In this document: one piece after another, positions 12,016 to 26,870 of the stretch
How positions within the stretch are numbered: position 1 is the first letter of the stretch
How the letters are laid out: each line of letters begins with the position of its first letter
DNA from: Vermamoeba vermiformis
Taxonomy: Eukaryota
Assembly (NCBI GenBank): GCA_045837725.1
Contig: JBEWZL010000163.1
Coordinates: 248,001 to 312,000, forward strand
Direction: 5' to 3'
DNA length: 64,000 nucleotides
Translations under genes and position numbers: made by a program
The notes under the pieces: generated by a model
Seen by the model: only the letters and a program-made list of their open reading frames with translations
The model's database searches: none
What the model was told of the DNA's origin: nothing

Positions 12016-15000
12016 TTAGATCTTGGAAGTGGTAATAGCAACACCACGTTGGAACAATGTCGCAGGAGAGATTGAGCTGTGCGCGGCAATGGGCACTTGG
12101 AACAGCAAGTGCGCACGTGACTCGTTGAGGTAGACAGGAATCGATGTCGCGTCTGATGTGGTGTTAGAGGCAGTCTGGTCGGTGGGAATGACGTTCTTCC
12201 ACACAAATGTCGTGGCAGGGAGTGCGGCACTCATGTTCACACTCAATTGCAACTTGTTGTCGCGCAATGAAGCTCCTTGCAGGGTGAGACCCTCAACGAC
12301 AAATGAAGTGCCCTCACTGTCAGCTGCGCCATCGAAGGCAATGGACAGCTCTAAGTTCTCGAGGGACCATTGACGCGAACGAGCAGCGCGTTGTCGAGTG
12401 GCGGTGATGAAAGCTTCAGGGTTGAACAGACCACCGATCCACACGCGCACCACTTCTTTAGCACCGCTGAGTTGTTGTTCGCGAATGACTTGCAACTGTT
12501 TGATGCGCAGAGTGAAGTCAATGAACCACGAGTTGAGTGTTGCGGCGTCAGTCACAGCATAGACCTTCCAAGCCTTGGGAATGACACCCTTAGTCAAGTT
12601 GGTCATCAGAGTTCGCAAGTAGTTGCTCTGCTTCAATTCACCGCGGCAGCATGAGATCAAGCTCTGAATGTCGTTCTTGACCTTGTTCATCAGCTCGCGA
12701 CCAATGCTGATCTCACGGTCAAAGAAGCGATACAAGGGGTTCTTGAGGCTGTCTTGGTTCTTAGGCAAAGGCTCCAGGACGGTGTTGGGCAACAAGTCGA
12801 GCCACTTGAGGCAGTTGGCTTCGAGGTTCTTGATCCAAGCAGGGCGTTCAAGACCTTGAGTGGTACCTTCATCGTCACCAACATCACCTACATCCATGCC
12901 AATGGCGCTGTCTTCTTGGACGGTCTGCAACTTCAACACTTTGGCCAAAGTCTTCTTGCCGTAGTTTTGCAAGCGCAACAATTCAGCATTCTTGGGCAAG
13001 CCTAACCAAGCAGGGGTTTCGAGATCGGACAAGCGCTCGGTCCAAGCAACAAACTCGGCCTTGTTAGTAGCCTCGGGAGCCAAGATCTGGAGCTCCTTCT
13101 CGCCATTCTCAAGGGTAACAGCGTCAACAAGTGGGAAGTTCAAGTCGAAGCTGTGAGCTGTGAACAAGTGCTCCAAGAATGAGTCCAACAAGCGAGTGTC
13201 GAAGTCGTTATCAATGCGACCTCCGTAAAGAGTTTGAGCCAACAATGAGCGAATAGCCTTCCACGGGATCAAGTCAGGATCGATATTGGTGCGACCTTGA
13301 GAAACCTTGTCGACCCAGTAGTCAATCGTGTCGAGGGCACCACGCTTGTCAGTGTCAGTGAACTCGAATGACTTGGTCCAACCGAACGGAATGTAGCGGA
13401 GACGTTCTTGAATGATGGAGTGGAACCAGAACAATAAGAAGTACAAGCGAGATCGCTCTTTGGGTTCACGGTCCATACGAGTCTGTGACACTTCAGTGAG
13501 AGTGTGCAACAAACTGGCCTTGATGCCTGCTGGTGGCTCGAACACGAAGATGTGAGCCAAACGCAACAAGTTGGCGGGCAACTTCGGGTGAATTTCAGAA
13601 GTCAAGAACAGACGGAAGTTGGCGTGAGGCTTGAGGCTGTGAAGCTTCTTTTCAAGTTGCACGAGCCATTGAGGAGCCAAGTGAGTGTTCTTCAAGAGCA
13701 CCCAGCCACCAACTTGAGCAGCTCTGTTGATTGCCTTGTCGGCCAAATCGAAACCTTCGGCTGAACCAATAGCAATAGCCTTGTAGTCCTTCTGCTTCAT
13801 GCGCGCAGCAATTTCGTCAACCTTCGAGCTAGCATCGTGACCAGGAGTAGAGCACAACAGGAGCGGGGCACGAGAGTTGCTTTCCTTCTCAACGACTTCA
13901 TTGAAGTTGAAATCGACGTTCAAGAATTGGTCACCAAACACTTTAGATACGAAGTGAGTGGCACCGGCGACGAATCTGTCCATTCTGAATGCCTTCAAGA
14001 ACAAGAGAGACAAGAAGGAGTTGATGATATCAGAGTCGGTAGGAATGTTGCTGCCCTCCAATTTGATGGCTTGAAGAGGCACAATAGTCTCAGCCACAGG
14101 AGACTGCAAGAACTTGGTCCAAGCGTCCTTGTTGGTCTTGATGTGTTGCTTGACAGTGCTGAAGAGCTCGAGATCTTCGAGGTCAAGCAAGTGCTTGCGC
14201 TGATCTTCATTGAGAATGGCACTGAGCTCAGCATCAGAGCCTGCTTCGGCGATCTTGGTGCTTTCACCTCCGCGCAACAAGTACTCCAACAAGTCATCAT
14301 TGAGTTCTTCACGAGTGCTCTTCAACTTGACTTGAGCCATTCTGAGAGCGAGAGGCAATCTGTCTTCTTGTTGCAAGCTGCGAGACACGCGCTTGAAGAT
14401 CAATGAGAACAAGGTCTTGCTCAAGATTTCAAGGCGAGCAGATGAATCAGTAACTCCAGCCAAGCTTGGGTTGTTCTGGAAGATGCTGTAGAACACCTCG
14501 AGGAAGTAGTTCAACGAGAATTGGTACAAGAAGTGCAATTGCGCCAACTGTTCGAGCGTGAAGTAGATTCTGCTGCTCGCAAGGGCCAGTCGGTTGTAGA
14601 ACTCGCTGATCTTCTTAATATCGTCCATGATCTTGTCAGTAGCCTCAGATCGTTGCTGAATGTCAGCGGCCTCTTTCTTCAAGGTCTCTAAAGTTAACAT
14701 GACCTTGTCGTCATCGAGAATGTTGCCGCGGCTTTCGTTCAAAGCGTCCAACAACAGCTTCTCCAACTTGCGTAACTTGACACGGAACTCTCCTTGCAGC
14801 TTAACGAGATCGATGCGCTTCTGGTAGATATCCGGTTGTTCTTCTTGCAAGACACGATCCAAGCATTGACTCTGCAAACTGCTCGGTGTGACGGTGAAGT
14901 TAACGAATGTGACACGAGAGCACAAATCAGGGGTGAAGTGACTTGTCGGGTCACGAGTGGACAAGAAGATGCAGAAGGACGGTGAAAAGTCCACGTCTTG

Positions 15001-18000
15001 GTCACCCAAGCGGATCAGGATACGTCCGCCAGTCTTTCTAATTTCCTTGTTGAGCACAGGATTGAGCACGGGGTCAATGCTCTCAACGTCTTCCACCAAC
15101 AGAGGAGTACCGAAACGCAGAGCACTCTCCAAGTTCTTCATGAACGAGGTGTCCAAGAAGCTGGTCTTAGTGATGCGCTTGTCCTTGTACTGATTCATCA
15201 AGTACTCGGAAGCTTGGCCAGAAGGATCGATAACAAGCGGGTAACGGTTGAATCGATTCAACATGATGGCGTTTTCAACGCACAAATTGTCAGGAGGCAA
15301 TCTGTTCGCGTGCCACAACAATCTGAAATCAAGGTTAGTAAAGTGTCGAGCAATATGATAATTAAGTGTCTGTACCTCTCGTCAGGGTGAGACAAGTAGT
15401 CGATGACGGAAATATCGGACTTCATAGACATGTTCAATGACTCTAAGTGCACCATCCATTTCTGCATCAACATGGTACGGTAGTTCTGATCGAAGAAACC
15501 GTTGTAGGCCAAAAAGGCAGCGCAGAGCAGCGAGTCACCAATGACGGTGGCCATTTGGTTGGTGAACATAGCACTTTCAGCCTCCCAACGAGCGCGTTCA
15601 GAGTTGAGGTTGGTCAACAAGCCAATGGAACGATCAACTTTAGCTTGTACTTTGCCCATTTCAATCTTGATCTCTTGGACTTCAGTGATCAACATGGCGT
15701 ACTCTTCCTTGTACTTGGAAATGCTCTGCTCAAGTTCGGCAATGACGGCATTGACTTCTTCGCCCTTCTTCGCCTTCTCTTCAGCCGCAACTTCCAATTG
15801 TTCTACCTTCTCACGAAGGGGCTTGACCTTGTCCAAGATCTCGGAGTAGCTCATTTGAGCTTCAAGCCACTTGACGAGGGGACCGCAAGCCTGACTGGCT
15901 TTGTTAACAGCATCAAAGGTGAAGTTCTCTTGGTTGAGGTACTCAGTGCGAAGAGTTGCACGCAACTTCTCGTTGATGGACTTGCTGTCAAACTCGACAA
16001 TGCTAGAAATGAAACCAGCTTCGACGATCATCTTTCTGATGCCGTTCCAGTCCTATATTTAAACATGTTAGAAATCACGGTATTATTCCAGCTTGCCAAA
16101 GTAACTTACAAGTTGCTTGCCGCTCAGCAACAAGCAGACAGCTTCAAGAGTCAACTTGACAAGAGTGGGAGGTCGAGCGAAGGCTCTGATTTCTTCCAAA
16201 TGCTTCTTCTTAATGCCCTTGACACTCTTTTGGGCATCAATCAACGCAGGCTCGGCTTTACCCAAGTCTTCGTAAGCAATTGACTTTTGTTCAGCGATCT
16301 CGACCTTTTGTTTCTCCAATTGTTCTTGAAGTGCCAAGCCTTCCTTTCTCTTTTCTTCAGCGGCCTGTTGTCCTTCAACCATGCGCTTCAACTTGGCGTT
16401 GGCTTCAGCGTTCTTCTCTTCGAGCTCAGCGTTCTTCTTGGCCAAGCTGCTTTGCAACTCTTTGACCTTTTGTTCGGTATCACGGAGCTTTTGCAAACCA
16501 ACGTTCAAGTGCAACTGTTGCTCTTCGAGTTCAGAGCGCTTTTCGGTTGACAAAGTCACGAAGTGCTGAATGAAGTCGAGGTAGTGACGAGGAGTCACAT
16601 AGTTCTGACGACCTTGTTGCTTCAACAATTTGACGTTAGCATCCTCGATAGTGCCGTGGATGTACACCAAACTGCTGATGACAGAGTCACGGTGAGTGAG
16701 GGGCTGTGTCACTGGCAAGCCGAGCACGAATGGAGGAACGAAGTCAGGTGACTTGTAGAGAGGAGCGTCCAAGTCAGTGTGGTTAGTGAACTCTTGAGCG
16801 ACTTGGAACAAAGCTTCGTTGGACCACTCTCCGAACCAGTCTAAGACGCAACGGTTGAACAAGGCAGGGGAAGTAGCAGCGCGGTTATGGAAGTCAGGGT
16901 TGGCAGGGTTCATTGTGAACACAACGTGCAAGTTTCTTCTCACACGCTGGATGAACCACTTGTACAGCTCGGCTTCTGAGTCGACGATCAAACCTCGCTT
17001 TTGAACTGTTTCCTTGATTTGATGCATCAAAGAAGTGTATTCATCACCTTCGAACAGGCCCGGGACTTCACCACTAGCCAACAATGTGTTCATACGTTCC
17101 AAGAAGCTACTTTCCAAAACGTTGGATTCGTCGAAAATGAAGCAGATCTTTTCTTCCTTGACACCAGCGCGTTTCATCACAGTTCGCAAATCTTCTTCGA
17201 AATCAGCGGCGCTGTAACGGTTATTCACCTTGATAGTGAAGATGCTCAAGCCGTTCATCCAAGCCACGAATCGGGACAGCACGGTTTTACCACCACCACT
17301 GACACCAATGAGTAGAGCGTGACCTTGAGGTTGTCTGAAGACACGATCGATTCTGAGAATGTGATCGAGCACTTCATTGAACAACACCAATTGCACGTCT
17401 AACTCTTCTTCGTAGAAGACACGCAAGCGAGCCTTGACGTAGTCACGAAGAGCATCGCGCTCAACTGGACGGTAGTCCTTGGTCATCCAAGTTGAGTAGA
17501 GGATCGGTCGACGCAAAGAAGATTGATCGAGTTGAGGGAAGTGCTTGAAGATGATGTCATCAAGAGCTTGGTCAGTCCATTTACGCTCTTCCAAAGTGAC
17601 GAGACGATCTTGGAACAAGCGCAAAGCCTCGTGGGCAAACAATCTAACGAGATCTTCGAGCGAGGCAGTCTCCCAGTTTTGAATACCCTCGTTGAGAGCA
17701 CGGATCCATCTTGACAACTCACGAGGACTGTAAATGTAGTGAGCTTGCATGTCAGGAGTGAACTTCTTCTGAGATTCAGTGTAGAAGTCAACCATGGCAG
17801 CGGTGATAGCGTCAGCGTGAGCTCTGAGGTCGGGGATTTGCTTCAACAAGGCGCGGTTGAAAGTGCCGTAAATCTGGATCAAAGATGATGCTGAAGGGAA
17901 ATCGACGAACAACAAAGGAGCGTGACGCAAGAATCTGTGAGTCAAAGGCACACGACCAGGATCGGTAGGAGGGTTACAAGCACCGACGAAGTTGATCTTC

Positions 18001-21000
18001 TCAAGTCGAACCCAAGTGTTGTCAGAAGGACGCCAGAATCCACCTTGTTCGGTAATTTGACGAATAAAGGTAATGACTATAATGAAAATCAGAATTAAGT
18101 TACTTTTGCTGCGAATATATCTTACCTCGTTGAGTGCCGTAGTTATCAGTGGCAGGCAAGTTGATTTCGTCACAGAAGACGACCAACCACTTGCCCATAA
18201 CGGTCGGGCGTAGAACAGTGCCTTTGGGAGTTCTCTTGTACTCGCAGTGATGCTCGAAAGTCTTCAAGATCAACTCTGGAGTCGTGGCACTTGAAAAGTT
18301 CAGTGACACAAGCTCCAAGTCGGGCAAGGCGCGCAAAGTATCCTCCAAAGTCATAGTTTTACCAGAGCCAGGAGGGCCGCAGAGAATGAGAGGCTTGTGC
18401 TCGGACATCCAGCCCTTGAGCACTTCAACGTGGCGGATGGTGTCGATAGTAGGAATGACAACGTCGGGACTCGAGACCTTGTGCGTTTCAATCTAAGATA
18501 TTGTTAGAGCCGGCGTTTCTAATGCCAAATCAACACTTACCTCGACCTTGGCAACGTAAGTGCTCCACAATCTCCAGCTGCAGTTGTCTTCAAACTTGAT
18601 CGAGTAGTCCAACAATGGAGGACCAGATTGATCAGGAGTAGGAATGCTACTGAGCGTGCAGATGTATCTGCTAAAGCCCTCACGCTCACGAAGAGCCATT
18701 GAGCCTCCAAAGCCCCACATGATGGAGAACAATAGTTGGGCAGGCATGTAGCGTTGAACAAGGTCCAAGTTCGATCTCAGAATCGTGTTATCGATTACGT
18801 TGAGGATACCCTTGTTTAACAAAGTGTACATCGAGGTCAAAGCACGAAGGCGAGTGAAATCCATGATGTGCTCTTTTGCTCCAGCTTGTTCAAGCGAGCG
18901 CTCAACCAAACCACCGGTAACGAAGTAAGGAGCCAATATTTCAGAGCTGTTATCGGAGGTGAGTAATGCGACACCAGTGTCAAATAATCATCGGTACTTA
19001 CATTTGTTGTTGAACAACAAGACCAGGAGGGATAGGAGCACCCTCGCTCATTGAGGTTCTCTCTTGTTCATCGAGAGGCTCGTGTCTTAACTTCATCAAG
19101 TAGTTTTGGAACAACATCTGGTTGGTAACAGTCTCCTCGTTGAACCAAACCATACCGCAACGAGATACTGTGGCAAGTGTCGCGTACTTCAAGTCTTGCA
19201 CTTCAAACATAATGCGTACTATGAAAATTATTAGCAAAATCCCTAGTAAACAATGTCGAGAATGATTAGGTGTTAAATCAGTCCTCATAAGAATAGGACG
19301 GTTGAGCTTGAACTTAATTTGAAATTGGAACTTACCATTGTCAGGCAAAGCAAGACGTTCACCATTGGGCAATGTCAACAACTTGTTATCGTCTAGCAAA
19401 GCGTTCAAGTTTTCAACCCACTCGGGATCGACGTCACCATCAAATACGATCCAGTGACGACGCTCGCTTTCACCACGGACATTGTCGATGATCTTTCTGA
19501 GCAAGTGAGTGAAGAGACCATCTGTCCATTCGCGGGTGGTGGGATCCAAAGATCCGAAGAGTTGGTCCTTAGTAATAGCCTTAGGATCCAACACATAGCT
19601 TTCGCTCTTGACCTTGGTGTGTTTTTCCAAAGCTTCGAGGAGAACAGTCCAAGCAGAGGATTTGCCGGAGCCAGAAGGGCCGACAAGCATGACACCATGA
19701 CGAATGGCCTGGATTTGGTAGAGTTGCAATAACTTTTCGGTCCAGTCTTCAGAAGCAATCAAGTGTCGCTTCTCGCAAATAGCCTTGATTTGTTCACGAA
19801 GGCCTTCCATCTCCATTTGTTTGATGTTGGCGCCGGGGAAGACGTCAGAGAGCAAGCTGTGGAACAGAGGAATATCGTCGGCAACAAGCTTGGGAATGAC
19901 AGTCTCGCACACACTGCGCAACAAGACTCCTTGCTCTCCATCAACGTTGTCGGTAGATTCAGCGGCAGCAGGAGTTGAAGCCTTCAATATCATACGCTTC
20001 AAGTTACCAGCGCTGACCAAAACACTCTTCAACGCACGAAGGCCAAAGTCGTAGTGAGACTGTGATGACAGTTGCTCCTCACAAAGCTTGAACAAAGGCA
20101 CAATCTTGCTGGCAAGAACTTCAGCAGTCTTGAAGCCTTGAGAGTAGAGCATTACTTCAGCGATCAATTCACGATCTGGCTGAATCATAGCAATGCCACG
20201 GAACAATTGTTTCAAGTTATCAGGCAAGTTAGATCGACCTGCGTAGTTAGGGTTCATCGTAACGAAGATAGCCATGTCGGGGTTGATGAGAACCTTCTTG
20301 CCCAAGTCTACGTCAGAGGCGCGTTCCTTAAGGGCAACTTGGATAAGTTGAATTTGCTGAGAAACGGCTGAAAGGATTCTTTCCTCGAGGCGGTTGAACT
20401 CGTCGAAGCAACCCCAAGCACCGCATTGGCAGAGACCAACAAAGATACGGCTCATGGCTTGGAAGTCAAAACCTTCGTCACAACAGAAGACCAGAACGAA
20501 TCTGCCCAACTGTGCGCCCAATGCCTTGACGGTTTCCGTTTTACCGGTACCAGCAGGACCGAAGGGACTGCCTCCCATACGCCATTCAAGGGCTTGTGTG
20601 AGCGTCAAGTAACATCTGTCGGTCAAAGGAGTTTGCACCAACTTTTCACCGACACCCAAGTATTCGTAACCGTAGAAGAACGAGGCGTTGGCGACTTGAA
20701 TGGTCAACTTCTTGAGCAAGTTTTCTTCCTTGTGGTTCCAGTAGAAGCGCATGTTGTTCAACCAGTCGAATGAAGTCGCAGAAGTGATGTTTTGCTTGAT
20801 TAATTGACGGGTTACGTCACGTTGGTGAACGAGTTCGGTGATCAAGTGTTCCAACTTCTTTCGCTTGATGGGGTTCAAGTCTTGCAAAATTTGTTCGGCG
20901 AGTACTCCCAAGGTAGACTCCGTCAATTCTAACAAGTCCTTGAGACCAGTCTTAGCATCAGTAGTAGTCAACGCCTTTTCAGCAGTTTGTGACCAAATAA

Positions 21001-24000
21001 TTTGGGAGCCAAGAGTGACGAGCTGCGCGGGGTACTTGTCGATCCATTGCAAGAAAGCGTTGCAATAGTCACTGTGAGTCTTTTGATTGGCCTTGGCCTC
21101 TTCGAGTTCTTTGACAGCATCTTGTAACAAGCCGGCCAAAGTCTTCTTCATTTCTTGCTCCAAAGCGTCAAGCCAACGGTCAATGCTCGAGTGATCCTTG
21201 AGTACGACATTTTTCTTGAAGGGAACAACTTCTCCTTCAGCGGATGACATGCCAGTAATAATTTGCTGGGTGTCGTCGAGAACGAGCGAAGACAGACCAG
21301 CAAACATTTTCTTCAAGTGTTTCTGGATCTTAAGAATGTCCTTGCTGTTACCGATAATTTCGAGCAAGTCTTCATCACCAATGAAGTAGAAACGAGGGAA
21401 GGCAGCACGTTGCTTCTCCAAGTAGTCACCAAGAGCCTTTTGAATCTTAGTCAACAAGTCCGCCAAGCGCTCCAAGGTTCGTTCGATGCCTTCGATAGTC
21501 AAGACTTCGAGAATCAAGCGGGACTTTCCAACCTTCTTCATCAAGTTCAAGAACTCGATGTTGATTGTTTCGAATCTAGAGCTCTCTTGTGGCAGCAAGT
21601 TCTTGATATCGTTGCTACCGCTGAAGATGGCCTCAAGGTAGACCCATCGGCGTTGAACGTCAATCCAAACATCGAACAATGCTTGGATGCGGTTTAATTT
21701 GTCCTCCCAGCCTGCAGCCTCCTCTTCGAAGACCTTGAAGTAAGGCGAGTTCTTCATTGCATTCAAGGAGTTCAAATTTTCAGCAACTTTAGCGAACAAG
21801 TCATCCCAACCTCGGATCAATTGGCACTTGTTGCGGAAGTTTACCAAGTCGAGTTCAAAGGCTTGCCAGAACTCCTTAAGCTCTTTCAAGAACTCTTCGA
21901 GCGCAAGTTCTCCTTGGGCTTGAGTGATAACTTCCTTGTAGATGGCTTCGTTCTTCGCGAGATCTGAATCCCAAATGTTTCCGAGGGTAAGTTCGCTTTG
22001 AATCCACTTGGTGCCCAATTTCTTTTGCAACAACTTCCAATGGCGCTCTTTGATAGCGTCAGTTCTCAATTCTGAGATGATTGTATTGCCCTTCAAGTAA
22101 GCTTTCACCAACTTCTGCACGTGGTGGAAGGCCTCATATTGGCGAATACGGTTGGGAAGAGTCTTCAAGCGCTGAATAAGATCTTCGAGATACTTGCGGA
22201 TCTTTCTGGGCAAGACAGCAGACCAGAGGGTCTCCTTAAGCTCGTTGACAGCCTTGTACGTATCAGAGAGCTCGGACCAGACGTTCTTCAAGTCAGCAAT
22301 TTCGCGAGAGACAGGAGTCAATTGTTGCACTGCAGCATCAGTGCCAGAGTCTTCCAAGAACAGAGCTTGCTTGGCCATCTTAACGCGGTTAATCTCTTCC
22401 TCGAGACGACCAACACGACCCTCAAAGATTTTCAACGAGTCGAGAGCGTTAGCGAACTCAACATTGCCACCAATAGGTTTCTTGTTGGTCCAGTCGTTGT
22501 GCAAGTCCTTGATGCGCTCCTCAATGACCTTGCCTTCGTCCAATACCTTCTTTTGCAAAGCAGGAATTTCGTTGTTGATCTCGGTGGTCTTTCTGTTGAT
22601 CAACTCGTTGAAGGCATTCCATTCACCCTCAACCATGTCGTACTCGAGCCAGTCAGAGGGGAATTGGAAGCGCTGACGGGTGAGCAGATCTTGGCCAGTC
22701 TTGAACACTTCCATATCACCTTCCCACTTTGTCAAGTTCTTCTTGATGTCTTGCAACTTCAAAATGAACGAAACAGCTTCAGCAGTGGTGGCAGTTTCGA
22801 TGGATTGAGACTCAAGCTCAATGCGCATAGTTGAGATCTTGTTGTGGAAGACCTTCATAGCTTCACCCATACGAATGCCGAAGTTGTAGAGGATATCCTT
22901 GTGCCAGTAGTCATACTTGTTATTGACGTTAGCTTGCACTTGACCGTAGCGAATGACAATGGGTCCGAAGTCCTTCTTAGTGTCGGTGTTGTCAAAGGTG
23001 GTACGAGAGCGCTTGATCTCGTGTAACAAGCGTTGCCACTTGGTCAAGTCATCGCCCAAACGAGAGTAGACGGTCGACGGCTCCATGTCCCACAAAGATT
23101 GGTATTGAAGCCAAATTTGCACATAGTCGCGGACTTCTTTGAGCTTCTTCTCGATAATTTGGAAGGCACTCTCGAGAGTTCCTTTGGGCAAGTGCTTAAG
23201 CAAGTCGCGGTAGCTAGTTTGACTGTCGTCTCCTTTGTTTCTGTGCGAGAAGCCCTCATCGTAACGGGAGCTCTGGATGCGGGGTAAACCAATGAGAGTG
23301 GCGAGCCAATCGTTGAATTTGGCGTACAAGGTAGATCTTGCAAAGTCAAGTGGAGGGCTGAGTTGCATCAATTGGTTGCGAATGATGATCTCGTGTACAG
23401 TCGGGCGAATCTTGGGCTTGCTTTGGTCAACATTGGCGTCAGGGCGAGGCGAACCCTTGCCTTCATACTCGCGTGAAGCAGGCTTGCGCTTAATGACGAA
23501 GGCAGTAGTGTCACGATTGACTGACTTCTTGACATTGTCTTTGCTGTCATCACGGTCGTTTTGTTGGAACACATCGACCCATGATTCAATCGCAGACTTG
23601 GTACGATCCAACAAGATCTGCTTGATTTCAGTGTCGATGTTCTTCACCCAAGCAGTCAAATTGGAGTAGTTGGCCAAGTTCAGATCGTCGACCACTTTTT
23701 GAATGTTATTCAAGTGACTCTTGAGAACGTCTTCTTTCAGCGCACATTGCGTGAGTGCGGTCATGTTCTGTTGAATAACGGAGTACTTGCTGCGTACATC
23801 TTCAACCTTCTCTTGGAATGTTTGCACAGCAGTGTACAGCTGATTCACGTAGCCGTCGAGCTTAGACAGTGCTTCCCATCTCAAGCGGAAGCCTTCTTCG
23901 AGCAACTTTTGGACTTCCTTCTTGTATGAAGAAACGAGCAGACTAATCTCGGGCAACACCTTCGAGCATGTTTGGGTGTAGGTTTGAATGATCTCACGCA

Positions 24001-26663
24001 ACGAGACAGCGAAGGGATAAACTTGTCTACCACCAGAGGACAGCAATGTGATAGAGAACGGAACTCTGTAGCCAAGAGATGTCAAGTTACGAACTTCCTT
24101 GAAGAGAGTGATAATGTGCGGGTCGAAGTTGATGTCCAAAGTGAGAGTAGTGCCCTTCTTGACAATATCCAAAATGCGGCCAGAAACCTCGAATGTTCTA
24201 GCTTCGGTCTCGCGAACCCATTGTTCGAAGATCTAAATAAGAGTTAGACATGCCTGCTACAATGGAATAGAGTTTAGACTTCTTACATGATCAGCGTTCA
24301 ACTTCTTGCGGAACTGATCAAAATCGGCCTTGAGTTGTTGACCTTGAATGTCGAGCTCCCACTTCTTGCCCAACACGTCTTCTACACGGCGCATGTAAGT
24401 CTTCAGCTGGCGCTCAATTTGACGGGCCCAAATAATAGCACCGCTGACGGGTGGCAAATCACGCAAGTTGCTCATCACACTTGCTTGAGAGTTCACGTAT
24501 TTGTTCTTGAAGCGCTCGTGCAGCTTCTTGATGTCTTCTTTTACTCGTTCAATCAATTGAGTTTGATACTCTTGGATAGCGCCACGAATCTAGATTGCAT
24601 AAATGAGTCTACTATTCCTATCCAGATTTTCCAATTTTGCAATTACTTACTCTCGGGCGATAAAACAAGGCATTGAACTTAGAGAAGACGCGGAACATTT
24701 CGTTGGCATTCTTGGCCATAGCCAATCTGTCTCTCAGTTGTTCCTTGATGTGAGTCTCAACCTTGTCGATCTTTTCGTCGTACACTTTCATGGCACGTTT
24801 CCAGGTTTCAGTACCGTCACGTGACATCACGAGCGGGTCAACGACCTTGACTTGCTCGTAGGCAGACTGCATCTCTTCAAGAGATTGCTTGCCTCCCTCG
24901 TCAGCAGGCAAGACTCGCTTGATGACTTCGTACAACTCCTCGTGTTGCTTACGGAAGTTACGTACGTTCATAATGCGCTCTTGAAGCTGCTTGTTGTCTA
25001 CGTTGATTCGCAAGGGAACATCATCTTGACGACGCTTGCGAGCAAGTTCACGGATGACTTCACGGAACTTGTTGAATTGGTCCTCCCAAATGGTAAACAA
25101 GCTGCGGCAATCTGAAGTAATCTTTTCGAACTCGGCAAAGCTCAAGCCCATCAATGCCTTGCTATGCAAGATTTCGAGAATCTTGTTGCACAAGTCACGA
25201 GAAATGGCCTCCACGAGTTGCAGATAGCGAGGGATCGGATAATGAGCGTTCTTAGTCTTCTTCAAGTGCTCGAAGATTGCCTTCAAAGCATTGGAGAGTT
25301 GAGAGATCTCAGTGCTAGCGAGTAGGTCGTTGATAGGGAAGTCCTTCATCAAGGGCTTGTAGTTGTTCACTAAGAATAAATGTTAGTGGTGCACTTGTCC
25401 ATATTCAGCCACGTACCCTTTTCAATCGCCTTTTTCAGACCAATAGTATCAGTGTCAAAGCTGGCAGTTGCGTGGAAACGCTTCGCTTGTTTCAAAATGT
25501 TCAACGTGCACTCAGCTTCGTTTTCTTTGAGCTGCTTGTCGATGTGATTCAACTCGACTTCGAGCTCAAGCCAGAACTTGATCTCGTGAATAGTCTCCGT
25601 GTTAGGAGGCATCTTCTCGATTCTTTCAAGCTTGGTAACACGATGGATGTCCTTGATCCATACGTTTACTCCAGCTTGAAGTGCGTTCAAAAAGTTGGGA
25701 TCTTTGACGCGCTCTCCCAACTCTTCGACAGTCAAAGGACGCTGAGTTTCTTGGGTCTAATAATTATACTGTTAGCCGTATGAATCTTTGTGTCGTTAAC
25801 GAATATTGTTACCTTTTTCGCAGCAGCTTTGACTTCAGGGTGGTAAGTCAATACGATGGCAGGGATCTCAATGTTTTGCTTGCAATTGTAGAGGGACAAT
25901 TCCAACTCAGCAACTTTCTGATTGACAGCGCCCATACCAATACCTGACTTGACGTCCTTAGTCTCTTCTTGCTCCTTGTTGTGCAACTTGAGGTAAGAGC
26001 GAACAAGGGGAGAGATCGAGTTGCGGACAAGGGAATGAAGAGTCTCGAAAGGAGAACCCTCTCCAAGCTCCACAAGCTACAAAATGAACGTTAGATTTAA
26101 CCTGCAAGGGAGAATAGGGTGTCCCGATCGACTTAAATTGTTGACTCACCTGCAGCTGTGCAGCAACAGATCTAGAGGCTTCCAAGACGGAGTTAGGGGT
26201 TTTCTTAATTAATGCAATCCAGATTTGGGGCTTGTCCTCGCTCAATTCGATCTCCAATGAAAAACCGTATGTTCCAGCATCTACAAGAAATGTAAATTAA
26301 AAAAGCTAATAAATTATATATTTAAGCTAATAAGAGTTTAATAGTAACGAGCTACGAATGTACAGACAATTTAAATTAAAAAAAAATCTTCTGCCTACCA
26401 TTGTCAGCTTCGGTGGTCTCAATTCGTTTTTGAATGAACAGCACGGGTATTTTGGAGTCTGCGACGAATTTCTCGATGACCTTCTGCGTTTCAGCAGTAA
26501 AGAGGACTTTCTGGAAGGCATCTGGTTTGGCATCTAACAAAACTGGACAGACAGCCTTGATGTAGTCTTGCAATAATTTGATGTCAATTAAATTCGCGGG
26601 GGGTTGAGGTTCGACAACTTCCTCTTCAGCTGGAATATTCGCAGCGTCAAAAGGGTCAGCCAT
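12016..26663 (-). CDS. DYNC1H1: Cytoplasmic dynein 1 heavy chain, full length, 13 exons
   Basis: Four P-loops ([32 protein letters not shown]), [24 protein letters not shown], stalk coiled-coil, AAA5 PLVIDPSGQ and tail domain. Twelve GT-AG introns join ORFs 26376..26678 through 12016..15321. Confidence 0.98.
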
Positions 26664-26870
26664 TGCGCAATCTAACAACCAAAAATACTATTTAATAAAA
26701 ATACAAATATATAGGAAGGACAAATAAGATAGGCTTTGGTTGTCAAATAGCGCCAGGTGAATAAAAAATGCTGGTTGAAAATTTGAACGACAAAAATTTG
26801 GGCAGGTGCGGGTTTTTGGCGAAGCGTCTGCGACTGATTTAATATTAATTTCTTTTTTATATAAGCAAAG
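26664..26870. promoter_or_regulatory. 207-bp divergent promoter region (dynein HC / BMS1)
   Basis: Head-to-head ATGs at 26663(-) and 26871(+), with an AT-rich spacer. Confidence 0.6.

Noticed and set aside
12158-25783. Numerous plus-strand ORFs up to 278 aa antisense to dynein (also 153..1073, 28867..29904 and 63074..63997 antisense to other genes)
   Set aside because: Shadow ORFs caused by codon bias and low complexity of the sense genes; no recognisable motifs or splice structure.
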